Position numbers and translations under genes: made by a program. Below are positions 11,130-27,292 of a stretch of 64,000 nucleotides of DNA, in pieces. This stretch comes from Guillardia theta CCMP2712. Taxonomy: Eukaryota > Protista > Cryptophyta. Location of the stretch: contig NW_005434625.1 of the NCBI RefSeq assembly GCF_000315625.1, positions 141,726-205,725 on the forward strand, read 5' to 3'. Position 1 is the stretch's first letter; each line of letters begins with the position of its first letter. The notes under the pieces are model-generated. The model did no database searches and was not told the DNA's origin. It worked only from the letters and a program-made list of their open reading frames with translations.

Positions 11130-13987
11130 ATGGCTGGAGACAATCGTGACGAGTATGACGATGACGACGTTCCTTTCACCAAGGCAGTTATTTGCTCAAG
11201 ATGATGGCATTTCGCTGAAGCATGATTGAATTGCAGGAGCTTGACCTTTCGATGGACAACGTAATTGTGGTGGATAACCTCCCTGTTGTGCCTCCAGAGA
11301 AGGTCTGAATCTGATTGTGTCACTGCGACTTCAAGCTCAAGTGCTCGGAAATGAGAGACATGACTCAGGTGGAGAAGCTTGCTGGTATCTTGTTGAAGCT
11401 TTACTCCAAGATCGGAGCGATCGTAGAGGTTGCTGCTGTTTGCTGAGATTTGGGGACCATGGCTGACTTGCGATAGGATGGCGATTACAACGGGCTTCAC
11501 ATGCCCATGGATGACGAGAAGGGAATGAGCAAAGTGAGTTTTTGCGGTATGCGATTGTGCACGAGTTGAAAGCTGGGAAGGGATTTGCTTTCATTGAGTT
11601 TGTGGACAAAAAGTCTGCCGTCATGGCGGTTGAGCAGGTACGAGGCTTGACAGCATGGCCAATGTTACATGATCATGGATATCACAGACTGACGGGCACA
11701 AGCTTGACAAGAACCATGTGTTTAGTGTGTGCCGGTTCCCGGAGTTCCATCGCATCGGTCTCGCCGACACTAGTGGCAAACTGGGTGTTGACGAAAATTT
11801 GTTGGCCAGTGAATGTCCCCGACCAATATGAGGCGCCTCAGCCACCACAATACAAGGAGAGAGGAAATCTCCGCGAGTGGCTGCTCGATCCAAAGGCAAG
11901 AGATCAGGTACAAAGATCGCAAGAAATTCTCCTTCTCTGAAGGATGCTCTAGTACGTTATCCGTTACACCGACGAATCTGAGATTTATTGGAACGACACC
12001 GTCGATGTCAAAGAATCTGACAGGCTTGTGTTTTCTCGCAAGAAATGGACAGACACAGGTGAAGACCCTTGACAGTCGCCCCTGCTGAAGACGTCATCCT
12101 TGCAGGGCATCAGTGGTCCCCACATGGCACCTACGTCGTTACCTTCCATCGCCCTGGTCTTCGTCTTTGGGGAGGCCAAAACTTCGAAGCAGCTGGACGT
12201 TTCATGCACAACAATGTGAAGTTGGTAGACTTCTCTCCCTGCGAGACCTACCTCGTCACAGTCACTTGGGCTGGTCTGACCCTGCTTGTGTGCTCACTGA
12301 CCGTGCTGACCGATACATCAGACCGTGCAAGCGACAAGGAAGAAGAAAATGCGATCATAATATGGGACGTTCGAACAGGAGAGAAGAAAAGAGGCTTCAA
12401 GAACGATGGAGCAAAGGACAAACCTGTTGAGCCTTTCAAGTGGTCGCATGATGGCAAGTATTTTGCGAAGATTGCAGATGAGAGTATTCAGGTGATCATG
12501 TTTCTGATGACGAGCTATTTGATTCGATTGTGCAGGTCTATTCTACCGAAGACTTTAAGCTGCTAGATAAGAAATCATTCAAGCTTCCAGTGAGAACTCT
12601 CTTGTCGTACAGTGAGATTCAAATTGATGCTGTTCCGTAGGGTGTAAAAGAGTTTCATTGGTCGCCGAGCCAGAATATTATGGCCGCCTTTGTTCCTGGA
12701 TCTGGTGATGGCCAGACGCCAGCCAGAGTTGTACTCATAGAGGCAAGCGTTCATGTCATCTTGTTGACTTCGATGTTCCTTCCTATGTCCAATTCCTCGT
12801 GCTGTTGAGTGTCAGCCTGGCGTTTCGATGGTCATGGTTCCTGTGATGGTGATGGGCAGGTTCCCTCCCGCAAAGAGCTCCGCCAGAAAAATCTGTTCAG
12901 TGTTAGTGACATCCAGATGCATTGGCATCCTGATGGCACCTACCTGTGTGTCAAAGTTGACAGGCAGAAGTCGAAGAAGACGACGACTTACAGCTTTGAG
13001 CTCTTCCGCATCAAGGAGAGAGATATCCCTATTGAAGTGCTCGAGATCAAGGACAGTGTCGTTGCCTTCGCCTGGGAGCCTAAGGGCCACCGATTTTGCT
13101 TGGTCCATGGCGAGCAGCCTCGGCCTGACATCAGCTTCTACACGATGCTTAAGGAGGGGAAGGCTGCGGTGAGTTTGCTGAAGACGCTGGAGAAGAAGCC
13201 AGTGAACGAGCTCTTCTGGTCGCCCATGGGACATCACATCGTGCTCGCGGGGCTCAAGAACCTCAATGGCATGCTCAACTTCTACAACGTGGATGAGATG
13301 GAGTCCATGAACGAGGACGAGCACTTCCTCTGCACTGATCTCGTGTGGGACCCCACTGGCCGCTACGTATGCACCTATGTCTCTGCCTTCCGCCAGCCCA
13401 TGGAGAACGGCTATACCATATGGAATTTCGCAGGTCGACCTCAGCTGCGCACAGCCAAGGACAAGTTCTTTCAGGTGGATGAGAGTCGAGTCGAGGGCGA
13501 GCAGCCTTGTCATGCTTGTTGCAGTTCCTGTGGAGACCTCGACCTCCTTCGCTGCTCACGGCGAAGCAGGAGAAAGAGATTCGCAAGCAGCTGGCTGAAT
13601 ATTCGCAGAGGTGAAGGCTGGCTGCCTCTCGTGCTCACAACGATGCTGAATCTGTTCAGGTACACGGAAGAGGATCGCAAAGCCAAAGAGCTCGCGGAGA
13701 CAGGTGAAGGAGAGACAAAGCGCTATTCTTATCCTGACGCTATTGCAGCCCATTTGCGTGAGCGAGAAGCGAAGAGAAAGACGTTCGAGGAAGGAGAAGC
13801 GATCCGCAAGCAGCTCTATATGCAATGGCAGGTTGGCTTTCTCTGAGCTGCTGACACACATGAAACTGAAGATGCGCAGGAGGAGCGACGGGAGTTGCGT
13901 GGATGCTTGACAGACGACGAGGACTTGTATGAGTTTGTTGAGGAGACGTTTGAGGAAGTGCTGGAGGTGAAGGAGGAGAGAATTTGA
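11130..13987 (+). CDS. eIF3b: Eukaryotic translation initiation factor 3 subunit B (multi-exon)
   Basis: Spliced reading MAGDNRDEY...|[22 protein letters not shown]|VEKLAGIL...|GFAFIEF (RRM)...[14 protein letters not shown]|YVIRY...WSPHGTY...[26 protein letters not shown]...WEPKGHRF...WDPTGRY...[10 protein letters not shown]...[11 protein letters not shown]. Around 15 introns. Confidence 0.95.
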
Positions 13988-15479
13988 TGAAAGCATACCC
14001 CATTTCTTTACACTTCGTTGCTACTCGTTTATCTTGATCAACCCAAACACCTAGTGGGGCGTCAAAGTCCAGAGCAAGAGGGCAAGGAGACTTGAAGCTC
14101 AGACAGGAGGAGGAGGCAGAGATGAGACGCAGGAGGGGTGAAGGAGAAGAACAAAGTTCGTTTGGTGCTCACCGCTGAATGATCTGACGGTTGTGAGACA
14201 CTTGTGGAACCCAAGCTTGACGCCCTGCTCGTCTTGTCAGTTACCTCCCGCCCCCCCCTTCCCTCTTCTGCCGTATGACTCTCCTCTCCCTCTCTGCTTC
14301 TTCTTACCAGTATTGCACGCTTTCGAGTCGAGCGAATTTCTTGAAGGCGACTTGAGAAGGCTCTCCAACGATGAGCTGAGGTGGACCGGTGCTGTCCTCT
14401 GCTCTGCTCTGCTCTGCTCCCTCCTCTCTTCCCTGCAGGTTCTCAGGGCTCGTCAGGTCGCCAGCCCCTCGCGGCATTGCTTCTTCTCTCCAAGTCGAGT
14501 GTCTCTGCGGTATCCATCGTTGCAGCCACGAACCTCCTTCAGGTTTCTTGCTGCAGTCGCCGCCGCCTCTGCTACTTGATCCTCCAGCCCTGCTACGCCT
14601 CCACCCAATCCACCCTCCAGCTTGCTTGCTCCCATCCTCCTGCCTGGGCCCTTCTAGCACGTGTCCTCCGATATCAGCATCAACGACAAGAGGGTGGGGA
14701 GGAGGAGTGAGGGGGCAAGAAGGTGTTTGCTGTGAAGGAGGGTGGGAGGGAGGAGGAGAAGGTGGTTCTGGTGGTGATGCCTGTAGCTCGTCGACGGCAA
14801 AGAAAGCGCTGCAGCGGCATGGCAGAGGGAACCCTTGCTTGTTTTCGCATGCGGAGGCAGCGAGAGAGTTGCGGAAGCGATCCCAGGTGTTGGTCTTGTC
14901 TGACCCGCTTAGAGCTCCCACGGACGGCAGCCGCTGATGGCAGTCGGCCTGCACGTGGGTGAGAGAGAAGACGAGGAGAAGGAGAAGGAGCTCGTGACAG
15001 GAGAAACGCGACAGAGGAAATCAGAAAATGAGTGAAGGAGAGGAAGTAGGGAAGGAGAGGAGGAGTTGTTATGACCAGGTGATAGCGTGAGGTGCTCACA
15101 TGGTTTGACGGGTAAAGGTCTCGAAGGATGAGTCGAGGACTGTCGGCATGTGGGAGGCGGAGGAGAGGATAAGACTCGAACTTGCCGCATAAAACAAGGC
15201 CCATGCTCCCCTCCCCTCCCAAAGAGCTGCAAGTCTTTATCGCCTCCAGCAGCGCTGAGGTTGCGGCAGAATGAAGGAGAGGCTGCGCAGGAAGGGAAGT
15301 GACGGACAGGAGAAGCTTCATGCCAGGGAGAAGCTGAAAATGAGAATCAGCGAGAGAGCCAACCTGACAAGCGCACAAGCAGCAGAGAGGAGCACAAAAC
15401 ATAGAAGAAGTTATCAGATGCAAGAGCAAGAGGCGATGTATGCCCGTGCGAGCCGTTAAGGTTCAGATGTGTCTCGGAT

Positions 15480-18460
15480 TGAACGACAGCAACGAGTCTC
15501 ACAGATGTCACGTCAACGAGCATCGAAGCGACGCCGCCGTAAGCTCCCCTGGGGAGTGCTAGAGCCGGATGACTGCAGCCTTCATGCCTGCACTGTGATC
15601 AAAGAAGGACGGGAGAGGAGGAAGAGACTTGGGGAAGGGAGCGAAGCTCTGCCAGAGGAGCGGATGACGCGAGGCAACCTTAAAGAAAGTTAGGGGAAGA
15701 GACGAGAGATGAAGAGAAGGAGAGCGAAGACAAAGAAAGCGAGACGAGCAACAAGACAGGAAAGCACGCGAGTTGGCAACACACAGCAAGACACGTGAAT
15801 GACTGCAACAAGAAACATAAAGGAGGGAGACAAGCAAGGGAGGTAACGAGAGGATGAGGAGGAGAGACAGACCAGGATGCCGCTGTCTCTAGTGATTCCG
15901 AGTGAACGCGGCCCCACATGCGAGAGGAGGTGGTGGAATCCCATCTCCCCCGCAAGCGTGTTCATCAGGCTCGTCTTGCTGTCTTGCGCGTGTACCCCCA
16001 GGAGGATCACCAAGTGAAGGCGATGCGCGTGAGAGCCTTCGAGCAAGCTCTTGAGCCATGCGCTGATCGCTGCCGTTCTGCCATGCCGGTGAGACCCCAG
16101 CAGGCGCTCAAGACGCCCCTACCTCTCAGTTGTGCAATGAAATCGACTTGCGATCCTCTCGTCCAGTGAAGTGTCGAGCATCACAAACCCGAGCTCTCGT
16201 CCTCCTCTGCACCACTTACAGTCAGGTGCCACGGGAGGCGAGAGGAGGGATTGAAAGGAAGAGGGAAGCAGGGAGGGGGCGAGAAGGAAGGGGAAGGAGG
16301 GGAGGGGCGAGAAGGAAGAGGAGGGGAGGGAGGAGGAGAAAGGAGGGGAGGGAGGAGGAGGGAGGAGGAGAGGGAGTGAGGGAGCATCAGGTCAGGTCTG
16401 ACAGCGTCAGGTCTCGCAGTCCGAGACTCATCGGGCTGAACTTGCGGGTAAAGAAGCAGCGGGTGACGATGTGCCTCCCTTGGTTCCCCTTCCTGTACTC
16501 CCTCTCCACCCCCCAGCCCTGCGCACTCGAGCTGCTGTACTTGATCCATGCTCCCACCGCCGTCTGCCACCGCACGGTGAAGGAGACAAACTGCTTGTCA
16601 TCAGCACGAGAGGGCGAAAAGCGACGGGGATGGAGAAAGAGGCAGAGGACATGAGGAAGCGACGAGGGAGCGAACCTGCGAGAGGCCACTCTCAAGCGAG
16701 GCCTTGTAGGTGACGCTGCCGTCGATGAGGGTGAAGAGACTGCCGCGAGTCTCACAAGCCATGCAGACCTGAGGACGTGAGACACTGGCGGGTAGTAGAA
16801 GAGATAGAAATGTCTGCTGGGTGATGGAGATGAGGTGGCTAGAAAAAGTTGAAGGAAGAAGGGAAAATGGGACGAGGTGAGAAACGGGAGGGTGAGGGGG
16901 AGTGGAAGAGAGGGGGGGGAGGGGGCGTGAAGGGAGGGGAGGGAGGATGGAGGATGGAGGAGGGTTGAGGCTCCACCTGCTTCCCGGGGTCAATCTTGGC
17001 AGGGGGTTGCATGGGCCATCGGCATCGCTGTGAGGTCTCATGAGCGGCGAGGACGAGAGGGAGGGAAGTGACGTTGCACACGTAGAGCACGAGGCTGCGA
17101 GCTCTGTCACCAACAGGACCCGAGCCAAGAGGAAGAACCTGCGATGCCCCCCCGAGAAAGGTCCGCGCACGCTCTCTTCCTCCGCCAGCTCCATCTCTTC
17201 CACGAACTTGCTGTCCCACACGCTCCTGACTCCCTCCAACTTCTCGTCGTGTTCTCGCAGCACCATGTCGGCCCCGCAGCACCAGGACGCGTCCCCGCTA
17301 GACACGTGCTCGTATTCCTTGTCGCTGATTCCCTCCTGCCATCCCTGTGCCACAACTGCTTCAGACTCTCGTCCCTGACCATCCCCTCCTCCATCTGCAA
17401 TCTTTTTGGAGGTCCATGCGTTCTGACGGAGAAACGTCAATGCAGAGCGAAGGTCAGAGACGAGGCTCCGTCTGTCTGAGTCTTCAGCATCCTCCTCGTC
17501 GATCTTGGGCAACTTGAAGCCGCTCGGCGTGTAGCGTTTCTTCCTCACTCTTTTCTTGTACAGCCTCCTCCTTGTCATCCTCTTGGATGATTCAACTTCA
17601 TCGCCATCGTAATCGCGTTCGCCGTCAGGACGCTGGTTCGCTCCTAACTCTCCATCTTCATTCATCAACCCCTCTGCCTCAGCATGTCGCCCTGCTCCCT
17701 CCTCAACTCCTTTTTCGCCATCGCTCACGTCCTTGTCTACAAGAAGCAACGTCGTGCAGTCATCGAAGTGAACATGTTTAACCAAGGGCTTCGGTTCGAT
17801 CAAGTTCTTCAACGATGCTTCAGACGCTTTCAAGATGTCGCCGTGAGTTTCATCCGCAACTAGTCTCCGCCAACAACTCGCACTTGACGCTTTCGGCTCA
17901 ATCAATCGGATGTTTTTTGTTTCGAAGTTTGGTTTGAGCCTTAGACGAAGAAATCACTTGAGAAAACAAGACAAGTCAACGCTGTACCCTATCAGCCCAT
18001 CTTCGTGAATAAGAATGCTACTAGGATCCTTGGCTACTATCATCTGTTTCTTCTTTTCTCCTATCAAAAGGCTTTACACCCCCCCTCCCCGATCCTCTTC
18101 TACCTCGATTGACGGACAACACAGATGTTGCTTCAGCAGCACATGGTAGCGCGGTGTCCTGGTCCTGCTGGCCTTGACTGAAAGAGCAAGGAGCATCAGA
18201 GGGACTTGAGATCTTCGCAGCTGCCTTGCATGCGTCTTCCAGCACCCCATCCTTTGTGCCGCATGAGCTTTGACTTGAAGCCTTCGGCGCGAGGAAGAGC
18301 ATAGATCTTGCGATGGCATGATAATCAATGCGAGATGGTTGATCATCAAGTTTGAGGCTGTAGACATCAGAGGGTAAGATAGAAACTGTGAGCAAGGGAG
18401 GATCACTTTGAAACTTGTTCTGATCGAGAGACGCTGCTGCAAGCTTCGAACCCTTCATCC
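15480..18460 (-). CDS. Hypothetical multi-exon protein (one or two genes; boundaries approximate)
   Basis: Long protein-like ORFs at 18021-18506 and 16601-17905, plus smaller exon-like segments at 15870-16770 flanked by GT/AG. No recognised domain. Confidence 0.35.
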
Positions 18461-19029
18461 TGATGGAAGAGAGACAACAATGTGTCAGGCTAGCAATCAG
18501 ATCCAAACCTTCTCTCCCCCTGCACTTGCTCGTTCTTGTCCCTCCTTCTCTCCCCCTGCACTTGCTCGTTCTTGTCCCTCCTTCTCTCCCCCTTGTTGCT
18601 TCCTCGCCTCGCCTCTCCTGCCATCCTTCAAGGTCCTCACCGACATGGGGCCCGAAGGAAAAGATCGTAAGGTGGCAGGGGTAGTGTCATCCCTTATTTC
18701 AGTGGGTAGGGGTAGTCAACCCCTAGGGGTACAAATCTATTNNNNNNNNNNNNNNNNNNNNNNNNNNNNNNNNNNNNNNNNNNNNNNNNNNNNNNNNNNN
18801 NNNNNNNNNNNNNNNNNNNNNNNNNNNNNNNNNNNNNNNNNATGAAGGGGGTAGTGGTGCGACAAGTCTCAGCTTGAGTCCGAACAGAAATCAGCAGGTA
18901 CTTCCGAGGAGGAGGANNNNNNNNNNNNNNNNNNNNNNNNNNNNNNNNNNNNNNNNNNNNNNNNNNNNNNNNNNNNNNNNNNNNNNNNNNNNNNNNNNNN
19001 NNNNNNNNNNNNNNNNAGGAGGAGGAGGA

Positions 19030-22000
19030 GGAGGCGGAGCAAGGGGAGGTGGAAGAAAGGAGGACGAGGAGGAAAGGAAGGGGAGAGGACCGAAACTGCC
19101 GCAGAGAGAGGAAGCAGGAGAGAGTTTTCCATCCTTGTCCCTTGCCATTCTCCGCTGCTTCCCCTGCAGGCCTCTCAGCGTCTCCCCCGCCTCCTTCTCC
19201 TCCTCTCTCTGCCTTGCTCGTCCGCGGGAAGGAGTGGCTCAGGTTCTGCTCGCACTGGTCTGGAGAGGGGAACTCCCACGATCGAGGGACGGGGCGAACA
19301 GCAGGAGAAGAAACCCTGCAGGAGGAGGAGGAGGAGGAGGAGGAGGAGGAGGAGGAGGAGGAGGAGGAGGAGGAGGAGGAGGAGGAGGAGGAGGAGGAGG
19401 AGGTTATATGGAGTGAATATGGAGTGACAAGTGGCTCTAGGGATTCACACTTAGAAGGAGACGAGAGGGTGAAGAACATCTTCATCGAATATGAGCCGAC
19501 CAGGCTCGCCTGTTCCTGGTGAACTGTGTAGATCTAGTTCCTTGTCAAGCTCTCTGTCGTCTGTCGCTTCTTTGTCTCTCTCCCCCGCTTCTTCTGACGA
19601 TGAAGATTTCCCCCTCACTGCTTCTCATTCGATACGAGACCCGACCTCACGAGGAAAAGCTTCTGGCACTTCGGAAGCCAGCATAAAAAAGGAAGAGGCA
19701 GCGACTCAGCAAAACGATAGCCACAGTGCTATGACACTACCATGCTCACCAAGCAAAAGATACAGGACATGTCCTGTGACTGAGGAGGATGAAGCAGAGG
19801 GTCAGAAGGATACGGACGGAAGAGGGGCTGTCGTTAAGAGGGGTCGAGGTCGGCCTAGGAAGACCGATTCCCATGCAGCCAACCAAGGGAAACAGGAGGT
19901 TCAAGCAGCTCCAGGCAGGAGAAAGCGAGGGAGACCAAGGAAGGTCGCAGAAGACGAGAGCCGGCATGCTCCTGCCAGACAAGACCTTGTCGATGACGGT
20001 GAAGACGGAGAAAGCAGGTTACAGAGAGACAGGCGCCGCAAGCTACCTCAAGGTGCTACGTCTAGCTCATGGTTGATGTCTCTGACGTGAGGTGCAATGC
20101 CAGAGTCAACTCGGTCCGACTCGCTTCAAAACCGATTCGTGATGAGGGTGATGCTGATGGAGGTCAACCGAGTCGCTTTGACGATGATGCACGACAGGTT
20201 ATCTCCGAGCGCTCTCGAAGGAACAAAGTCTTGCTGAAACAAAACAAAGATGGCGAGACGCATAACGGGGAATTGGAGGCTTACGGAGAGTTGATTGAAC
20301 AAGCACATAAACTGGTAGATGAGCAGCCTGGTGGGCAGGAGCCTCAGGAAGACGAGGAAGCGAACAAAGCCTTCTTGCACTTTGTTCCCTTCGTCGACAT
20401 GAGGGATGTCAGGGAATGCATGCCCGAACGATTGATCGGTTGTATGAAAAAATATGACCTCTCTTCAAACCCCAAACGCTTGCGAGGGCAACTGCTGCAG
20501 CGCCTAGAAGATCCACTAGGGTCCAAACAAGAAGAAGAGCTTGTGACAAGTCTGCTTTGGATATCTGTTGCATTCCCTTTGTTTGCCACACTTGTCCCTC
20601 ACATGGCTGTGCAGGTTTTTCACAATCACGTGGAATGCTGCGTGGCAGCTCGGCAGCTCCTCCAGAAGTTTTTAAGATCAGCGAGGCAAGTGAAACCTCT
20701 ACGCGAAGCCAATCTTCCGGGTGATACCACGAGCAGGCTATCGTTGGCGGTGTTTGATCAGGATGTTTACAACTGCATGGTTGATGTCGGGATTCCCGAA
20801 CGAGAGGTCGGACAACTTTTGAAGGTAGAGATGCATGCGGCAGATGTTACCAGAGCGCAGTCCGACGCCACATCAAAGAAGGCCCGGCCCCCATACATCA
20901 TACACAGCAAGGGCACTCGAATCTGTGTCAAGACTAAGATGGAGGGATGGAAAGAAGGCAGGCTTATGGAATTCGATTCGAAGCAATACTACTACAATGT
21001 CGAAATTCTTCCTCCGTCAAAATACAAACACCCCCAACACAAAGAGTTTCCATCCCACGAATTTATCGCGCCTCAAGGTACGAAGCGAAGAGTCTATGAG
21101 GGGTTGGGCGACTGAATGAACTTGAAGAGGAGGAGGAGAAAAGCACAGACGGCAAGGACGGGATCTTGTACGTTGGAAGGTTGTTTCTGGTTATCAAGGA
21201 TGCAATGGAAAGGTAAGGGCGAAATCGCTCATCGTTAATTTCTGAAGGAGAGCAGCAGGTGGATGCGGCCGAGCAAGGAGAAGCGTCTGCAATGGATTGC
21301 CCTCATCCTCCGACTGTTGGCTGACCCTCGAATCCAACAAGACGGCACCTTCGAGCTCCGTGACCTCGACGGCGAGATGGCGGATGGTCACAACGCGCGG
21401 GAAGCGATTGCCAGCTGCCTGCATGTGATGACTGCTGTGATGGCAAGCGAGAGCTGACGAGATTCAAGACTCTGGTCAGGAGTTGGCGATGGGAGGACGT
21501 CAAAGCGCAATTGATGGAAGTATTCTTCGACGATGACGTCACGGTTTCCAATCAGAGTCGCTGTCAGTTGCTGAGGCAGTTGTGGCCCTACTCACAAGAC
21601 ACGGAGAGAGTCCACAGGTAGTTTGATTCCCATCAGCCCGAGGCCTCACGTTAGCTGCAGCTCTTTGACTGCTCGCCTGATGAAAACCATGCTGGGAAAG
21701 GAGGTGGCTGGAGACGAGGTTGGATCACCGATGGAGCTCGTCGAGCTTTCTCAGCTTGTGCGAGTACGTGAGAGTGAAGGTACCCCTACTGTCTTGACAT
21801 GTCGCAGAAGGTCAACTTCGTAGTCGAGGAGGAGGAACTCTTTAAAGAAGCAGTCGAGTCCCGATCAAGAGAGAAGATGAATGCCAAAGATTTGAACATA
21901 GTGAGTGATGTTCATTTTTCGGCTCTACTGATGGATGTACAGTTCTGCTTATGCTTGGAGATGGTTGTCTCCCGCCTGGTCAAAGCATCCTTGTGCTCGG

Positions 22001-22200
22001 CGGATGCAAAAGCGTATGCTGAGAGTCTGTCTGCAGTCTTCGAACGCTGGCAGAGGAGCCTGCAGAGGAGTCAGCAAGGGAGTTTTCTATCCTGTAGAGC
22101 TGTTCTTATCCGAGTACAGTGCTGTCTTCCTTGTTGAAGCTCTCGCCATCTCGCAATCCCGCTATCCAACTGTCCTTCGTTTCCATTTGATATCCTTATG
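19030..22200 (+). CDS. Acidic, AT-hook-containing putative chromatin protein, with a possible Tudor/Agenet-like segment (multi-exon; the 3' part may be a separate gene)
   Basis: Poly-Glu at 19320-19402; AT-hooks KRGRGRPRK (~19836) and RKRGRPRK (~19920); long exon 20069-21115 ending KGTRICVKTKMEGWKEGRLMEFDSKQYYYNVE. The 5' end is next to N-gaps. Confidence 0.55.
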
Positions 22201-22215
22201 ATTTTGATTTCAAGG

Positions 22216-22223
22216 TATATAAA
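22216..22223 (+). promoter_or_regulatory. TATA box upstream of tRNA-Pro
   Basis: TATATAAA about 30 nt upstream of the tRNA start. Confidence 0.6.
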
Positions 22224-22250
22224 CCCTAGCTGGACTGTGACTAATAGTTC

Positions 22251-22322
22251 GGGGATTTGGTTTAGTGGCATAATGCTCGCTTCGGGTGCGAGAGGTCCCG
22301 GGTTCGATTCCCGGAATCCCCC
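22251..22322 (+). tRNA. tRNA-Pro(CGG), intronless
   Basis: GGGGATT/AATCCCC acceptor stem; anticodon arm CTCGC-TT-CGG-GT-GCGAG; T-arm CCGGG-TTCGATT-CCCGG. Confidence 0.97.
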
Positions 22323-22332
22323 GCCGGACTGA

Positions 22333-22337
22333 TTTTT
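22333..22337 (+). terminator. Pol III terminator (T5)
   Basis: TTTTT 10 nt after the tRNA 3' end. Confidence 0.7.
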
Positions 22338-22519
22338 GTCTCAACATGCCATTTCGGTGTCTCGATCGCGGTGGCAGTTGCCGCCCGAGCATGACTCAGT
22401 GACTCGGCCCGGCGGTCATTGTAGCCTCGGATCGTCGGATCTGACCCGGCGGCCCGGCTCGCGACTCAGACAAGTAATGGAGATTGTGAGATTTGTTTTG
22501 TTCCTCCAAACCCATAGCA

Positions 22520-26145
<3,626 letters not shown>

Positions 26146-26914
26146 CTATATTCAAGCCTGCTAGCCGGGTAGCGCCTGACCACACAGTTAGCAAGTGAAT
26201 TAAAAGAGAGTTGTAAATTAAATAATGCTAGTTGTAATTTTGGTAACCCCTTCCGTCCTAATAAAGTAACCCCCCCCCCCAAACGCTCCAAGCCCGTACA
26301 TTATTTTACTCAATAAACTATTCGCCCGAAGGGTCAAGGCCAGCCACCAACTTCATAAAAACTTTTAGAGTCCTCGACATGGAGCTCCGATCCCCACCCC
26401 CTCCATTCCCTGTGATCACCCCCTCCTTTTCCGATCCAGAACGGTTTTGATACTCCAGTACCCCCCAAGACCTCTACAGTAGTGCTTCATACCATCGTAT
26501 GTAGTAACGGACTCACTGGGAATAGGACCTTCCTAGGACCAAATACTCGGTTCCCTAGTGACGTATATGAAGCCTAGTTGTGCCTCCGGGATCGTCGGAG
26601 CTTCCGTACTTTTGCAAGTTGGAGGGGTGGGGTTCGTCGGCTGATGAGGATGAAGGGGTGGTGGGAGGAGACTGACCGGTAGTAGTGTTCGCATGTGAAG
26701 GCATTAGCCAGAAGGTCTAGACATGAATCAAAAACCTCGAATAAGATATTGATTATATTCATATAGAAGGGTATCGAATCATTGCTTGAGAAGAGGATAT
26801 AGAATTAAAGGGTAGGGGTTATGAATTTCTCAATTGAAGGGTAGGGTCTTTAGAAACTGTGATTCCCCTTCTTGAGGGTGGGGGCTGTATGAAAAGCTGT
26901 ACGAGTACCAAGAG

Positions 26915-27003
26915 AGGGAGAGGGAGAGGGAGAGGGAGAGGGAGAGGGAGAGGGAGAGGGAGAGGGAGAGGGAGAGGGAGAGGGAGAGGGAGAGGGAGAG
27001 GGA
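26915..27003. repeat. (GGGAGA)n microsatellite
   Basis: Directly visible in the sequence. Confidence 0.95.
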
Positions 27004-27056
27004 AGAGAGCGGGTGAGATAGACTCATAGAAGCATGAGCATGAGCATGAGCATGAG

Positions 27057-27227
27057 TGTTGTATACACAACCTTGCGTAAGACGTTGAGTTCAGATGATC
27101 TTAGGATCTCTGTTTATTAAGCACACACGCTCATCAGATCAGCAGCACCACTGCAGGAATCTGCATCGTCATCCTATTTCCCTACGCTACGTCCAAGGGG
27201 CGTCCGGTATGAGTCCAGAATACAACA
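27057..27227 (-). repeat. 3' LTR (171 bp, complete)
   Basis: TG...CA ends with 8-bp terminal inverted repeats; AATAAA on the minus strand; weak PPT GCAGTGGGAGCGA adjacent (27228-27240). Confidence 0.95.
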
Positions 27228-27292
27228 TCGCTCCCACTGCGAGACGACAAGAAGGTCCACCTGTCGTTGACTTCGCTCAGAAGAATCTTGAG

